Part shown: positions 52,701 through 64,000 of the stretch, in pieces
Layout: each line of letters begins with the position of its first letter
How positions within the stretch are numbered: the stretch's first letter is position 1
NCBI GenBank assembly: GCA_047967505.1
Contig: CM106538.1
DNA from: Dipteris shenzhenensis
Lineage: Eukaryota
Strand: one strand, 5' to 3'
Length of the DNA: 64,000 nucleotides
Translations under genes and position numbers: made by a program
Notes under the pieces: generated by a model
What the model was told of the DNA's origin: nothing
The model's database searches: none
Seen by the model: the letters and a program-made list of their open reading frames with translations, nothing else

Positions 52701-54640
52701 TCCCTCCATCCTATCATGTCTCTTTCGATCCCATACCCTTCTCCAATAACTAGGTGTTCCCATTCTTTTCACCTTGAAGGCAAGAGCAACGCGTGCAGAC
52801 ACTCAAGTTTGGACTCCTCCACTCAAGCTTGGATGACTCCACTCCAAAGAGCACAAGTGATATTCTTTTTTCTTTTGAAGAAATTTCCTTTAGCTTCCTT
52901 TCTTGCTGGCTCTCTCACCTCCTTTCCCTTATTTCGTTCTTACTCTCCTCTCTCCTTTCCCTCATTTCATCTCCTTCTCTTTCCTTTTCTCTTGTTTTGT
53001 ATTGAATGCTTGCTTGTGCTTTCCTTGTCTCCCCTTTCCTGTTCTTTCTCTCCTCCTTTCTCCCCTATTCTCTCCCTCTTTCTCCCCTCTTTTCTCCTTC
53101 TATTTGTCACCTTCTCCCCAGTAACCGTGTCCTTCTCTTTCATTTTATCCCTTCTTCATTCTCTCCCCTTTTCTTTTCTTTCTCCCCTCTTTGCCTCCCT
53201 ATTTCTCCTCTTTTAACTCCGTCTATATGTCACCTTCTCCCTAATAACCATGTGCCATCTCTTCCCTCTTCTCTTATCTATCCTCTCCTTCTTGTTCCCC
53301 TCTTCTCCCTTCTTTCTTGCCTCCCCTGTCCTCTTTCTTGTTCCCCTCTTTCTCCCTTCTTTCTCCCCTCCCCTCTCCTCCCTTTTCCTCTCATCTTTCT
53401 TTCTCCCCTCTTTCTCCTCCTTTTCTTTCTTCCCTCTTTATTTCTCCCCTCTTCCTCCCTTCTTTTTCCCTCTTATTTTATTTTATAATATGAAAAGAAA
53501 TTTAAAATGAACAATTTAGTCTTTGGTTTAGCGTTTATGTGATTTCCCCACGATTTTGTCAGTGGAGCATCTTTGTTTAGAAGCACATATATTCAATATG
53601 GTGAATTGTGAGATTGAAGCCAATGGGAGTGATCGTGGTAAAGGTGTAACTTAGTGCACATAGTTTCCCTTCAAAGAAGAAGTTCAGTATTTTGATAATG
53701 TGCCAAAGCTTACTTGCAAGCTCAATCCTCATGTGAAAAAGAGCAAATCTTGCAGGAGATGAAGAAAAGCATGAGGGGTCTAAGATCATCTGGTCTTGCT
53801 CTCATGCCAAAACCCAAGGCATCACAACAATTCGGTACTAGAAGACATTGTAGACATCATACTAGTACCTCTAGCTTGTATGTCTTGGATGTTAGCTTGT
53901 GTTCATGTGATGATGATGCTCTGATTGCACTCGGATGCAAATGGAAATGCCATACTCTCAAGAATGCGACAACTACGTTATATGGTATTTAAAGAAGTCA
54001 TGCTGGACTTCATGTTGCAACCAAAGGAAAAGAAGAAATGATATCCCCCAACAATTGCATGACAAGTTTTTGATGCCTAAGCATCTCAGCTTTGTCTTGG
54101 AGTAGATGCTAAATAAAATGGCCGATTGCTTCAAACATCAAAAGGAAGTGAGTCGACAAGCTGTAAGACAATCGCATCCAATCAAGCCTACTCATTTCTT
54201 AATCATTTATTCAGCTTTCAATGTCATTGTAGCTTGGATATGAAATGGTTGCATATGTTATTTACTTCAAAACACTTGTGTAGTATGATTAAGATGTATG
54301 AGTTTTGATTTTCATATTTCAATTGCACTATTGTAATTTCCTTCTAATATTGACACATCCATGAGATCTTTGAAAGATGATGAGCTGAGGATGAGTTGGA
54401 GGAGGATTTCCTATGTTCAATGTAATAACGAGGGCGATGACTCTAAGGAGGACTTAGAGGAAGGGGAGACGACGAATAGCGCTTCTCGGTGGAGCCTTTT
54501 TGTGGTCAGGTAGCATGTAGCCGCTATGGGTAAGCTGGCTTATCCTTGAATGTGATTTTGGAATGATAGTTTAGAAATGTGCTTTTTAGCACTACGCGCA
54601 CGCACATGCACATGCATGGATGCGCACGCACACACACATT
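49777..54640 (-). mobile_element. Probable decayed hAT-like DNA transposon with microsatellite-like inverted ends
   Basis: Ends AATGTGTGTG..CGTGCG..CATGCATGTGCATGTGC..AAGCACA are inverted relative to each other; weak BED-like CNLKC..HILG (~52050), ILEKKWHDYMHS (~51610) and CCER (~51325) remnants; no TSD seen. Confidence 0.4.
52880..53480. repeat. C/T-rich low-complexity tract
   Basis: Direct reading. Confidence 0.9.
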
Positions 54641-55091
54641 TAGGGCAGATTGGATTGATCTTAAGACCTAATTTGCCCTAAATCCTTTTGTTAGCATATA
54701 TATAACCATTTAAAACATCTCGGTTTTTGTTGTAACAGTGTCAATATAACCGTGAATGTAAGTGTTGATATAGTGATATATTGACAGCTATGTATATTGA
54801 ATCAATGCTTCCTTAGCAATATGTATATCCATGCTTATGTGAACACTTTTTTCATTGAAGGTAGCATCCCAAATGATGCAAATAGTTGAAGTGTGCCATA
54901 CCTGTGAGTATACAAATTACGATTGGGTACAATATGTAGAAGCAATAAAGTGATCAACATTGTATTGAAAAGTGATTGTTAGCTCATTTACTTAATGACA
55001 TCAACTTGGCCATAACATTCCCTATGCAATAGGATTTGTGAGCCAATTAATGACAAAGCCACATACCCACTATTTGAATCATTTTTAGATA

Positions 55092-55294
55092 CCTTAGTGA
55101 GACAACCAATCATAGGCTGACATATTTGAAAGAGAGCCAATATGCAAAGCCATAGTTGGTACGCTTTTGTGACATTGATTTGGGAGACATCCCTTAGTGA
55201 GACAACCAATCATAGGCTAACATATTTGAAAGAGAGCCAAATATGCAAAGCCATAATTGGTACGCTTTTGTGACCTTAATTTGGGAGACATCCC
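55092..55294. repeat. ~100-bp tandem duplication
   Basis: ccttagtgagacaaccaatcatagg...tgggagacatccc twice. Confidence 0.95.
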
Positions 55295-56448
55295 CAAGTG
55301 TAAGCCTATTTAAGGAAACACATTCATACTAAATATGTAACCACGACACTATCTATACTAAAGGCTAAGTACATTTTGCTTGTTAGTGTGCATGTAAAAC
55401 AATATGGCTTCATACACTCATGGAGGATGTTGGTGCATCTTTTGTGACAATTAGAGTGCTATGGCATTGACAACGAGTCCAAGAGATCATGAATGGTCAA
55501 AGCACATTGATATCTACTACCATTCTTATGACAATAGGTCAACGAAGGAAATTCCCAACCAATTCACTATTGCTCTGCGGATTAGATAACAAATCTCTAC
55601 ATAAATGCCTTACCATGAAAAGTCCAAAACATGTCTATCTCTAAGTGATATAGACAAAATCCACTAATGGGAGAGAATATGGGTAATTAGGTCTCATATA
55701 GTGTACATATGGTTGTACATTGTTTCATTTTGTCAATTGTAGAGTACCAAAAGAGTTCTCTATATGGTAGGGATACAAGCTTCATTGCCTATCAAAACAC
55801 TTTATATATTTCTTAAATACACAATTTTGAACTCCATGCATTAAAATTGAGAGAATTCCCATGAACAATGACAATACTAATTTATTATCCAATATTATCA
55901 CTTTGTCATGCATGTTCATGAAAAACCTTTAAAACATTTCAATGCACACTAATACAAAATGGAATTTAAGATCACTCATTAGGGTTAGGGCTTAGCATAT
56001 GTAAAGTTTCATAGAAAGAAAATTTAAAGGTGAAATATTCAAAGTTTAAGAGGGAGCTTTCATGGTAAACCACAAGGAGCTGTGATAACATGGGAAAACA
56101 GTTTGAAGTCTAGAGACTTACTATGTGAAAGGGCACTTGAGCCCTTGAGAAATTTTTTATATAAGAACGTATAGAGTGAATCTAAAAAGGGTGCAACCTT
56201 TGAATCTAAGTAAAGCTTGCTAGCACCTTCGAATATGAGGTGGGAGTACTCAAAAGGATGTGGGCAGAGAAACAAAGGATGAAATGCTTGATACATGGGA
56301 GCCCAAAAGAAGAGGGATAAGAAAGCACGTGCACAAAGATCAGCTAGGGAGGGAGCAAAGCAACCTTGGATTAGACACAGAGAGACAGTCTGCTCAATTT
56401 TCTGTTGATCATGCACAGGCACTGTTTGTTGCACCTTGAGCAGCTACA

Positions 56449-56713
56449 ATGGACCTTAATCTGTTCTGCATTGCCTGTTGCACCGCTCTTTGTTCCACTC
56501 TAATGGACCTTAATCTCTGCTGCATTGCCTGTTGCAACAGCTCTAATATACTCTTTGTTTCACGTTCAGAAGCTCTAAGGGACCTTAATCTCTTCTGCAT
56601 TGCCAGTTTGAGCATGGACCTTCATCTCTTCTGCGTTGCCTGTTTGAGCAGCTCGTTGTTGCACCTTCAGCAGTTCTAATATTGGACCTTCATCTCTTCT
56701 GCATTGCCTGTTT
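56449..56713. repeat. Five dispersed ~30-nt repeats in the presumed ATL 3' UTR
   Basis: ggacctt(a/c)atctcttctgcattgcctgtt at ~56451, 56505, 56580, 56616, 56684. Confidence 0.85.
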
Positions 56714-56790
56714 CACAATCGCCAGAGCCTTCTGTTTAATTCACCTTCAAACAATCGCCATAGCCTTCCGCCTTCAAGCTCACCAATTCG

Positions 56791-58473
56791 TCAATGTTTG
56801 GGCACCTCCTCTCCCTTTGCCTTGCTCGTTTCGCTCCCCTTCCACCAGTTGATCGTCTTCTTCGCTATCGAAAACCATCTCTTCGCCTTCTCATCCCCCT
56901 CTCCCTCCTCTTCCTTATCCATATACCTCTCCATTCCCATCACCTCCGACCTCGACCTCTGATATGACGGCATCAGCAACTTCGCATCCCCACCTTGCCT
57001 CCCTATCGTCAATGCTCTCTTTAGTAGACTCGCTTGCCTCTCCAACGCACTCTTGGTTTCTCCCTCCACCCTGCTTCCTCCCTTGATCGGGCTCGGCCTG
57101 CCGCTGCTGCTGCTGGAGCGACGTGGCGCACTCCACTCCGTACTGCCCATCTCTAAATCGATCGTCGTACCTACATTGGAAATTATCGACGGGCCGACGT
57201 CGCTCGATCTTGGTTTCTGGCTTTTGGAGACTGAAAGACGAGGGGATCCTGCGTCGTTGATCCGAGAGTACGAGAGACGAGCAGGTTCATTCCTGGAGTA
57301 AGCAGAGAGGCGAGGTGGTTCGATCCTCGAAGAAGATAACCGAGGAAGATCAAACTTTGAGGTAGCAGGGGCATCGACCGTGGAACAAGACGTGCGCGGA
57401 CGGTCGATTTGCCTGGTGGAAAGACGCTCGGACTGCTGGAAGAGCTTGTGAGAGCTCAAGAAAAGCACGTCGGAAGCCATGAAATCGCTCCAACGATGCT
57501 GAAAGACAACATCCGATACGATGATCCGGTGCCCAAGACGGTGAGCTAGCTGCTCCTCGTCCTCAATTGAGAGCGAATCTGCAAGCAGAAGCGAATCCTT
57601 CCGTCCACTTCCGCAATTGCCATCCTTCCTTGCGCTCCCTGACCTGCTAACCCCACCCTCCTTCCTGCTGGTGCTGTTCGAATTGCGCCCCATCTTGAAA
57701 CTGGGCGAGCTCCCGAGCTCGCTTTCCCTCTGAACGAACAGCTGCTGCATCCTCTCGATCCCTACTTCGCTCGAATTCCTTGCAGAGGATGCCGAGGCTC
57801 CTCCAATGGAGTTCCTGGGCGTCTGCTGCTGTTGTTGCTGCGAGTTCGTCCGCTCCTCAGCAGCTCCTTTCGGGCCAGTGAACCCAGGGAAGAATTCCTC
57901 CACCATCAGCACGTCCTCCGCCTCCACCTTGTGCCGGCACAGCGGGCACGTCGAGTGATTCTCCAGCCAAGTATCCACGCATTCGAGATGGAAGCCATGC
58001 TTGCACTTGGGCAGGAGGCGCAAGGTGTCGGACTTCTCAAACCGGCACAAGCAGACGGCGCATTCGAGGCCGTCTTTGAGGCCGTGGAGGGAGGCGAAGG
58101 AGAACATGGGGAGGGCCTCGACGAGGGAGCGATCGACGCCGGAGTTGCGGCCACGGAGGAGGGCGGGGGGGGGGATGATGAGCTGATCCTGGGGCGAGGA
58201 ATTAGCTGCGAAGATACCAGCGCCGGTACGCTTACAGTGCTTGGCGTAGAGGAGGAGGAGGAAGGTGAGGGAGAACATGGTGGTGAGGACGCCGATGATG
58301 ACGGCGATGCTGGGGCGGAAGGAGGCAGCGAGGGGATCGAAGGAAGGGGGGGAGGAGAAGGGCGGGATGGGGAGGAAGGAGGGTGGCGGAGTTGGGCGGA
58401 GATGCGCCAGGAGCATGGCGGCGGAGCAGGAGGAAGAAGAAGAAGTGGGGGAAGGTGGCCACACGAAGCCCAT
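56791..58473 (-). CDS. ATL: RING-H2 E3 ubiquitin ligase, ATL family (ATL42/ATL43-like), intronless, ~560 aa
   Basis: TM helix FRPSIAVIIGVLTTMFSLTFLLLLYAKHC; GLD-type motif SGVDRSLVEALP; RING-H2 CAVC..C.H.FH..C...W...HSTCPLC; clade motif HRIIVSDVVFQHRWSD; first ATG at 58473 (the track start at 58503 is GTG). Confidence 0.95.
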   Translation of the reverse strand: MGFVWPPSPTSSSSSCSAAMLLAHLRPTPPPSFLPIPPFSSPPSFDPLAASFRPSIAVIIGVLTTMFSLTFLLLLYAKHCKRTGAGIFAANSSPQDQLIIPPPALLRGRNSGVDRSLVEALPMFSFASLHGLKDGLECAVCLCRFEKSDTLRLLPKCKHGFHLECVDTWLENHSTCPLCRHKVEAEDVLMVEEFFPGFTGPKGAAEERTNSQQQQQQTPRNSIGGASASSARNSSEVGIERMQQLFVQRESELGSSPSFKMGRNSNSTSRKEGGVSRSGSARKDGNCGSGRKDSLLLADSLSIEDEEQLAHRLGHRIIVSDVVFQHRWSDFMASDVLFLSSHKLFQQSERLSTRQIDRPRTSCSTVDAPATSKFDLPRLSSSRIEPPRLSAYSRNEPARLSYSRINDAGSPRLSVSKSQKPRSSDVGPSIISNVGTTIDLEMGSTEWSAPRRSSSSSGRPSPIKGGSRVEGETKSALERQASLLKRALTIGRQGGDAKLLMPSYQRSRSEVMGMERYMDKEEEGEGDEKAKRWFSIAKKTINWWKGSETSKAKGEEVPKH

Positions 58474-59334
58474 GTTCTCACCTACTTTCCACCCAAATTC
58501 CACACGCGCCGCGCGTGCCTACGCCGCCTTCGACCATGTGGCCAATATCGCCGCCGCCTCCGCCCATGTGGCCAATATCGCCCCCCCCTTCTTCCTCTGC
58601 CTTTACCCGTAACCGTAGCTCCCAGCCTTCCCCCTCCCCCTCGCCCTCGCCATCGCCATCGCTTCCCTTCACCCTCGCCACCTCCGTTTCCTCCTCCCCC
58701 ACTTCCTCCTCAATCGCCTCCCTTCGCAAACCAGCTTCTTCGCAAATAGACTTTCACCGCCCCATCCGCTCCCGCAATCGCCGGAATCGCACCAACGCCT
58801 ATTCTGATAACGCCCCCCCTCCCCCACCCCCCGATGCAGCGCTACCTGGCTTGCACCCGAGCGATTGGCTTTTTCCCACCCTGTCCACGGTCGAGAGAAT
58901 TGCCTGGCTTGCACAGCTTTCCTCCTCTCGCAACAAATGCACGATGGCAACCCTGCCCTGCTTCAATGATCAATCCCCTCGAGAGTTGCACACCGGGGAC
59001 GAGTTCTCCTCCTCCTCGCAACAAATGGAAGATGCCCAACTCCAACACCTTGCTCGCTTGGGTACCCTCGCTCGCTTTATTATGCAACGATCGATCCTCG
59101 ACCGTGCATAATCGCCCTGGCCTCTTGTGGGTAACTACAGGCACGGGCGGGGGAGATGAGGAGCAGAGATAATCATCGGTGGAACGTTCGTGCGGTCTAC
59201 TTAAGGCAGGGCGAGTCGGCGACTCCTTGGGCGAGCAGCTGCGGTCGAGAAGCTCGGATTCCAAGAGACAGACAGACAGAGCGCGAGGGAGAGAGAGACA
59301 GAGAAATGCAAAGCAAGGAAACAAAGGACAAGGA

Positions 59335-59525
59335 AAGGCTTTAAAGGAACCTCTGCTTTGTGAGTGACGATGCCACGGAGGCGCTTGCAACGTACGACAC
59401 GTCAGAGACAGCGTCCATCTGGCTGTGACGTGGGCATCACACGCCGCGCCACGCCACGGAAAGCTCCCAGGGGCGCTGACGTGGGCGGCAGGCGCTGCGC
59501 CACGTCACAGATGTTGCTGACATGG
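59335..59525 (-). promoter_or_regulatory. Putative ATL promoter: CpG-rich cluster of ACGT (C/G-box hybrid) elements with a TATA-like TTTAAA
   Basis: ACACGTCA 59397, TGACGTGG 59426 and 59477, CCACGTCA 59500; tttaaa at 59340 followed on the minus strand by a CT-rich leader. Confidence 0.55.
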
Positions 59526-60429
59526 GCGGCAAAGGCGGCTGCCACGGAAGCAAGCCTTTTTGGAACGTTAGAATTGAAGGGAGCTCAGGTGATTCCCACT
59601 AAAGACTACCCACAGAGCTCGTGCTGATATTTAGAGGTTGGGAGCCCGGGGGGTCCTATTCTTGATGACGCTTTCAGAGTTTCCATTTGTTTTTGAACGT
59701 TTTGAACGTTTCCCTTCAAATTGCTTCCTCACTTTCAAATCGTACTTTTACTTTGATCCCGAGATTCGCGAACCATCGCCTCCCCCATCCATCGCCCATC
59801 TCGCATTCGAATCAATCCATATAATAACTCGCCATTGGACAACTGCTATCCTTATCTGTTGTTAGTGGCCGTTCGCTGTTCCTCGTCGTTTCCTGTAATA
59901 GCGACCTTGAAAAGACTTTGCATTCACCTCACTCAAAATCACACTATCACAAGATCCATTCAATTTCCGTCACCCAAGATGCTGCTTGCATCTGATTTTA
60001 TTTTTTTCCCGTGGAAATAAAGCTTTATCACTTGATTGTTGGCTGCTGCGCATCTGCTTGCTGAAGAACGCTGTGGGTCATTTCTTCTATACTTTTTCTT
60101 TTTTCTCCACTTATTATATGTTTGAACATTTTAATCATTCGGCAAGACAGAGATTTCACCTTCCAGTACATAATTAGGGCACGAAAATATCTTACATTTT
60201 AATCATTCCGCAAGACAGAGATTCAACTTTCAATACATTGTTAGGGCAAGAACGTATCTCAAATGAGGAAACTTTTGGAAGAGAAGCCAATCAAAGAAAG
60301 CAAAGTTCACCCTCCCTCTCCTAGGCAAATTGAACACTAAGATCATCACCTAATAGAGGCAAGATCAAATTCAATCCATACAAACTTATAAGGTAGGGGT
60401 TTAAAGTAAGCCACATTGAGTTTGACAAA

Positions 60430-61440
60430 GAAGCACACTAGAAGGATGGTGATAATTATCTATGGGCGATGAGTTAGCACTTGCAAGATGTGCTTGAGGG
60501 TCAAACAAGTTTCTCTTGATGGGGATTGTAACATGAGTTTGAGTCAAGCTCATAGATCACATGAGATCAAAGACATGCTCCAAGTTGAGAACGATATGTG
60601 GGAAAATTGGGTTGGAAATTGCAACTTTGTGGATTCCTCGAAGCTAGATTCTTTAGTTCTTGTCTTCCTTTACATGGTCTAGCAAAAGAAAGTGGATCGG
60701 TATTAGCGTTGTGAGGCTAGATCATTTTCATGTGTGTTAGGTTTACGGTGGTGGTAGCGAGCCCTTTGAAGGTAGCATTGTGTATGGTACGGCTCTTCTT
60801 GATCATCAACCTGGTTAGAATTTTAGCTAGTGCATGGAGGGGGCAAATTCCTTTCAAGTTTAATAATTCTCTACTGAAGGATAACAAGCTTTTCCATCAA
60901 CCTTTTGATGGATGGGTGCAATGGTCTCACTTGAGTAAGGATTCGGTGCAAAGGTGGGAGGATTGTGCGAGTGGCCATGAATATGGTAGAAAATGGACTT
61001 CCATAAGAAGGGACACGACTAATGTAAGGCAAACTTTGGGTCCAATAGATCCAAGAGGTGCTCGAGGACAAATAGCTTCTACATTATTGGTGGAAGTTAA
61101 TGAGACCGTGAACATCGACGAGCCTTCGAGCGATGAGAAAGCAAGAATTCAAGCTAGGACTACGTGGCCTTGTATAGGAGATTGTCCATTGAAGTTTTTC
61201 TTGGATGGAATGAGGAGAAAACAATGAAGGAATTCATGTATTGAGTGAAGGATGAAAATATTTCTCACCCTAATCTTCTTGCAAATGGCTTTGTGAGGTA
61301 TCTCAGATTGATTGAAGGTCATCAAGTGGACATGAATGTATAGTTGAAAACATGGGCTGATAGGATGTTATCCATTAAGGGAATTTTGGACTAAAAAAGG
61401 GCCTCATAAGGAGTGGATTAGCGAAATGGATTAAGAACTA
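60430..61440 (+). mobile_element. LINE ORF2 fragment (endonuclease and linker region)
   Basis: LDGDCN (GDFN-like), LDHQP (SDH.P-like), PFKFNNSLL, ARIQARTTW..GDCPLKFF. Confidence 0.75.
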
Positions 61441-61951
61441 ATAAGGCTTACAAAGGATCCTGTCACCCCATATGGGGACAAAAAAGTACATCTCCCTAGG
61501 TCCTTGGTGGTCCCCAAAAGTGCACCTCCCTCTCTGAGTTGGAGGGCCCCCCCACTCTCAAAAAGTTAACTCTCTTAACAACCTTTAGGTGGTCCACATT
61601 CCCAAAAAGTATCTCGTGGGTACACCCTAGCTCAAAAATTTGAAAATTTTCAAAAGTGTCCAAAATGGCTTAAAACTCTTCAAAACTTTCCCCCAAACCA
61701 TGCCTATGCACCCAAATCACTTTTCAACATCTAAATCCTACTCTTTCTCACCGTATTCATCTTCCAATCCCACATTCATACTCCTTCTATCGTAAGCACT
61801 TTGCAACACCCAAATCCAATTTCTTCTCATCATTTTGTCCCAAACTTGCTTCCATTGATCCTATTATATCTTTCCATTGTCCCAAACTTGTTTCCATTGA
61901 TGCTATTCTATTCTTTGAACTGATCCAAGGCCTTATTTCTAAATCCCTCTC

Positions 61952-63490
61952 ATGGCTCCATTGAAAGATCGCACCAACAAGCCACGAAAAAGCACTTTGC
62001 ACATCGAAGTTGCGAGTATGCCACAACTCGTCAATGTTATGGCCACAAGGTTGCCGGCAAAGATACATTAGGTCAATTACGACAACAAGAAACAAAGCAT
62101 GTCGACTTATGGAGTGTTGGTGGACTCTATCCAGTGGATCCTTTGACAGGTGCTCCACCTTTGTTTGAAAATGTGACGAGTTTGATTCAATACGTAGGTG
62201 ATGGTCTTCAAGGCTTACTAGGATATTGTAAACGCATCGGCCATTCCAATGCTGAAGCACACTTTGCGAAGGTTCACTTGTTGAGAATGGAAGGAGAGAC
62301 ATAGATACTTAGAGATACCGTGCATAACCTCCAAGAACAACTAACCCAAGAATAAAAAAAACTTGCCAACTCAGAAATTGCAAAAGAGAGGTCACAAGAG
62401 ACAATCACAAGATTAATAGAGATGAGAAGAACAAGCTGTTGAAAAAGGCTTGGTGTATCCAACAAGAGCTTGCTACTTTGACTAGGAGACTAGAAAGGAT
62501 AAAAAGAACCCCTCTAGGTTACAAGCATAGGATCAAGCCTATGCAACCAATGGAGAGCTTGGCATAGCAAGGAAACATAGAGTGAAACCTACAAGGTATG
62601 CACATTTGGACTATTTTGTAATTATGAAGCATTACTTACAAATGAGTCATTTATTTTTCTAATGTTATCATGATTTCTGCAGAAATTTTATGGAGGAGGT
62701 TATTGGGAGAAATTCCTCTGACAAACTTTGTGCCGTAAAGAGTGTAATGAAGAAGAAAGAACATGCAATATTACAAGAGGTTGCAACTAATTTAGAGAAT
62801 CTTGTAGATCCATCGAAAGTTGTCCATGCATGTGATGCTGCTGGCATTAGTAGTTGGCAAGGGTACTTAGCTGTGTATAATGTCTTCGTAAATGCACTTC
62901 GAGGTCAAGGCATTAAGAACCCTCTATTGCCGAGACCAGTATACGTTAGAAATGCAAGGAAAGAAACAAATTCTGCTGTTCAAGATTTGTTGGGTGGATT
63001 TATACACATCTCAGAAAGCATGACGTTGGAAGGCATAAACAAAACAAATGTCCAACATAGTAAAAAGAAAGGAGGACCAACTACCAAAGGGGCAAAGCAA
63101 GGACCAAGAACCTTTGAGTACACAGAGCATAATTTTGTTTTTTTAAATGTACGTAGGGTCCAAGATGCAATGGTGGAGTTTTACAACATGAAAGCATGGG
63201 GTATGTTAAAATTATATTATTTAGAGAGCTCGAATTTTTAATGAAATCTTTTCTAATCATGTAAATCTTTAATCTTTCAGATATTGTGAAGGAAAGTTAG
63301 TATTCGTTATCAAATTGGATGAGTGTGAGGTTGTAAAAGGCCACAAGTTGGAGAGGGTTAGTATTACTTTGATGAATCAAGCCCTCGGACATGCCAAAGA
63401 TAAGGAAATTAGGGAAGCTTTTAGTGTGCAATCGGAAAAGCACATTTGGTGGCTTGCCACGTTTGAACTTCCTAAAGAGACACACTTATT
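61952..63490 (+). pseudogene. Intron-containing RAG1/Transib-like transposase gene, N-terminal half; decayed and cut by a LINE
   Basis: Exons ~61952-62595, 62683-63200 and 63281-63490 with GT-AG introns; motifs ARKHRV, GISSWQGYLAVY, LLPRPVYVRNARK, LVFVIKLDE, RVSITLMN, QSEKHIWWLATF..KETH. Confidence 0.65.
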
Positions 63491-63491
63491 C

Positions 63492-64000
63492 TTTTTTTTT
63501 TTGCGGTAAAAGAGTCAGTAACATTCCATTAAAGAAAAGAAAATAGAAAAGTATACAAAGTAAAGAAGAAGAGCAAGAATCTCAGTTCCATATTCTCCCT
63601 ATCATCCTAAGGTTCTCATTTTTTTCCCCAAAAAACTGAACCGCTCTTTTAACTTCCTCTATTATGACCACAGCGAGCACTCTTCCGTGATGAGGTCTGC
63701 AGTGAACCAAGTTGTTTCTCTGCTTCCACACATGCATGATCACAAAACCTCTAATCAACTGCTAGAGTTCATGTAAAGGGTTAGTCATGCTGCCCTTGTC
63801 TCCAAAAAGAGCCATTTTCCATTTGATCTTCAAGTGAATCTGAACCTTAGCAAGGCTTAGGCTGATCTGCCTCCAAATCTCTTTTGTGCAGAAGTAATCC
63901 CAAAAGAGGTGCATATGAGTCTCATTTCCTATCTTGCAGAATAAGCATACTGGAGCAACGTTTGGATTCCATTTAGCAATCCTTGCCCTCATAGGCATTT
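63492..64000 (-). mobile_element. LINE 3' end (zf-RVT plus poly-A tail)
   Basis: CLFCKIGNETHMHLFWD...KEIW; T11 at 63492-63502 is poly-A on the minus strand. Confidence 0.85.

Noticed and set aside
56460-56713. Resemblance of tgcattgcctgtt to miR408 (would make the repeats miR408 sites)
   Set aside because: Mismatches fall in the 5' and central pairing region and 3' pairing is poor.
57832-59111. 305-aa and 242-aa plus-strand ORFs
   Set aside because: Antisense shadows of the GC-rich ATL gene and its leader; no recognisable domain.

Overview
Repeat-rich land-plant nuclear DNA. A plant ATL gene is present; a non-seed plant such as a fern is plausible but is only an inference. There is one 100-N gap at 5836-5935. 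Host genes: an intronless RING-H2 ATL42/43-type E3 ligase (56791-58473, -) and a small secreted 6-Cys peptide gene (409-657, -). The peptide gene has a broken paralog (29172-29406, +) carried in an inverted duplication (123-3703 vs 26073-29732). Most of the rest is transposon-derived: two LTR-complete Ty1/copia elements nested in a Ty3/gypsy relic and an orphan ORF, a third copia gag relic, four LINE fragments, a Sola2-like and a probable hAT-like transposase relic, many minisatellites and a tandem array of large palindromes. The most striking signal is a three-exon decayed gene at ~61952-63490. Its motif order and spacing match the N-terminal half of the RAG1/Transib transposase core, a family I do not know to be described from land plants. 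All family calls come from motif recognition by eye; no searches were run.
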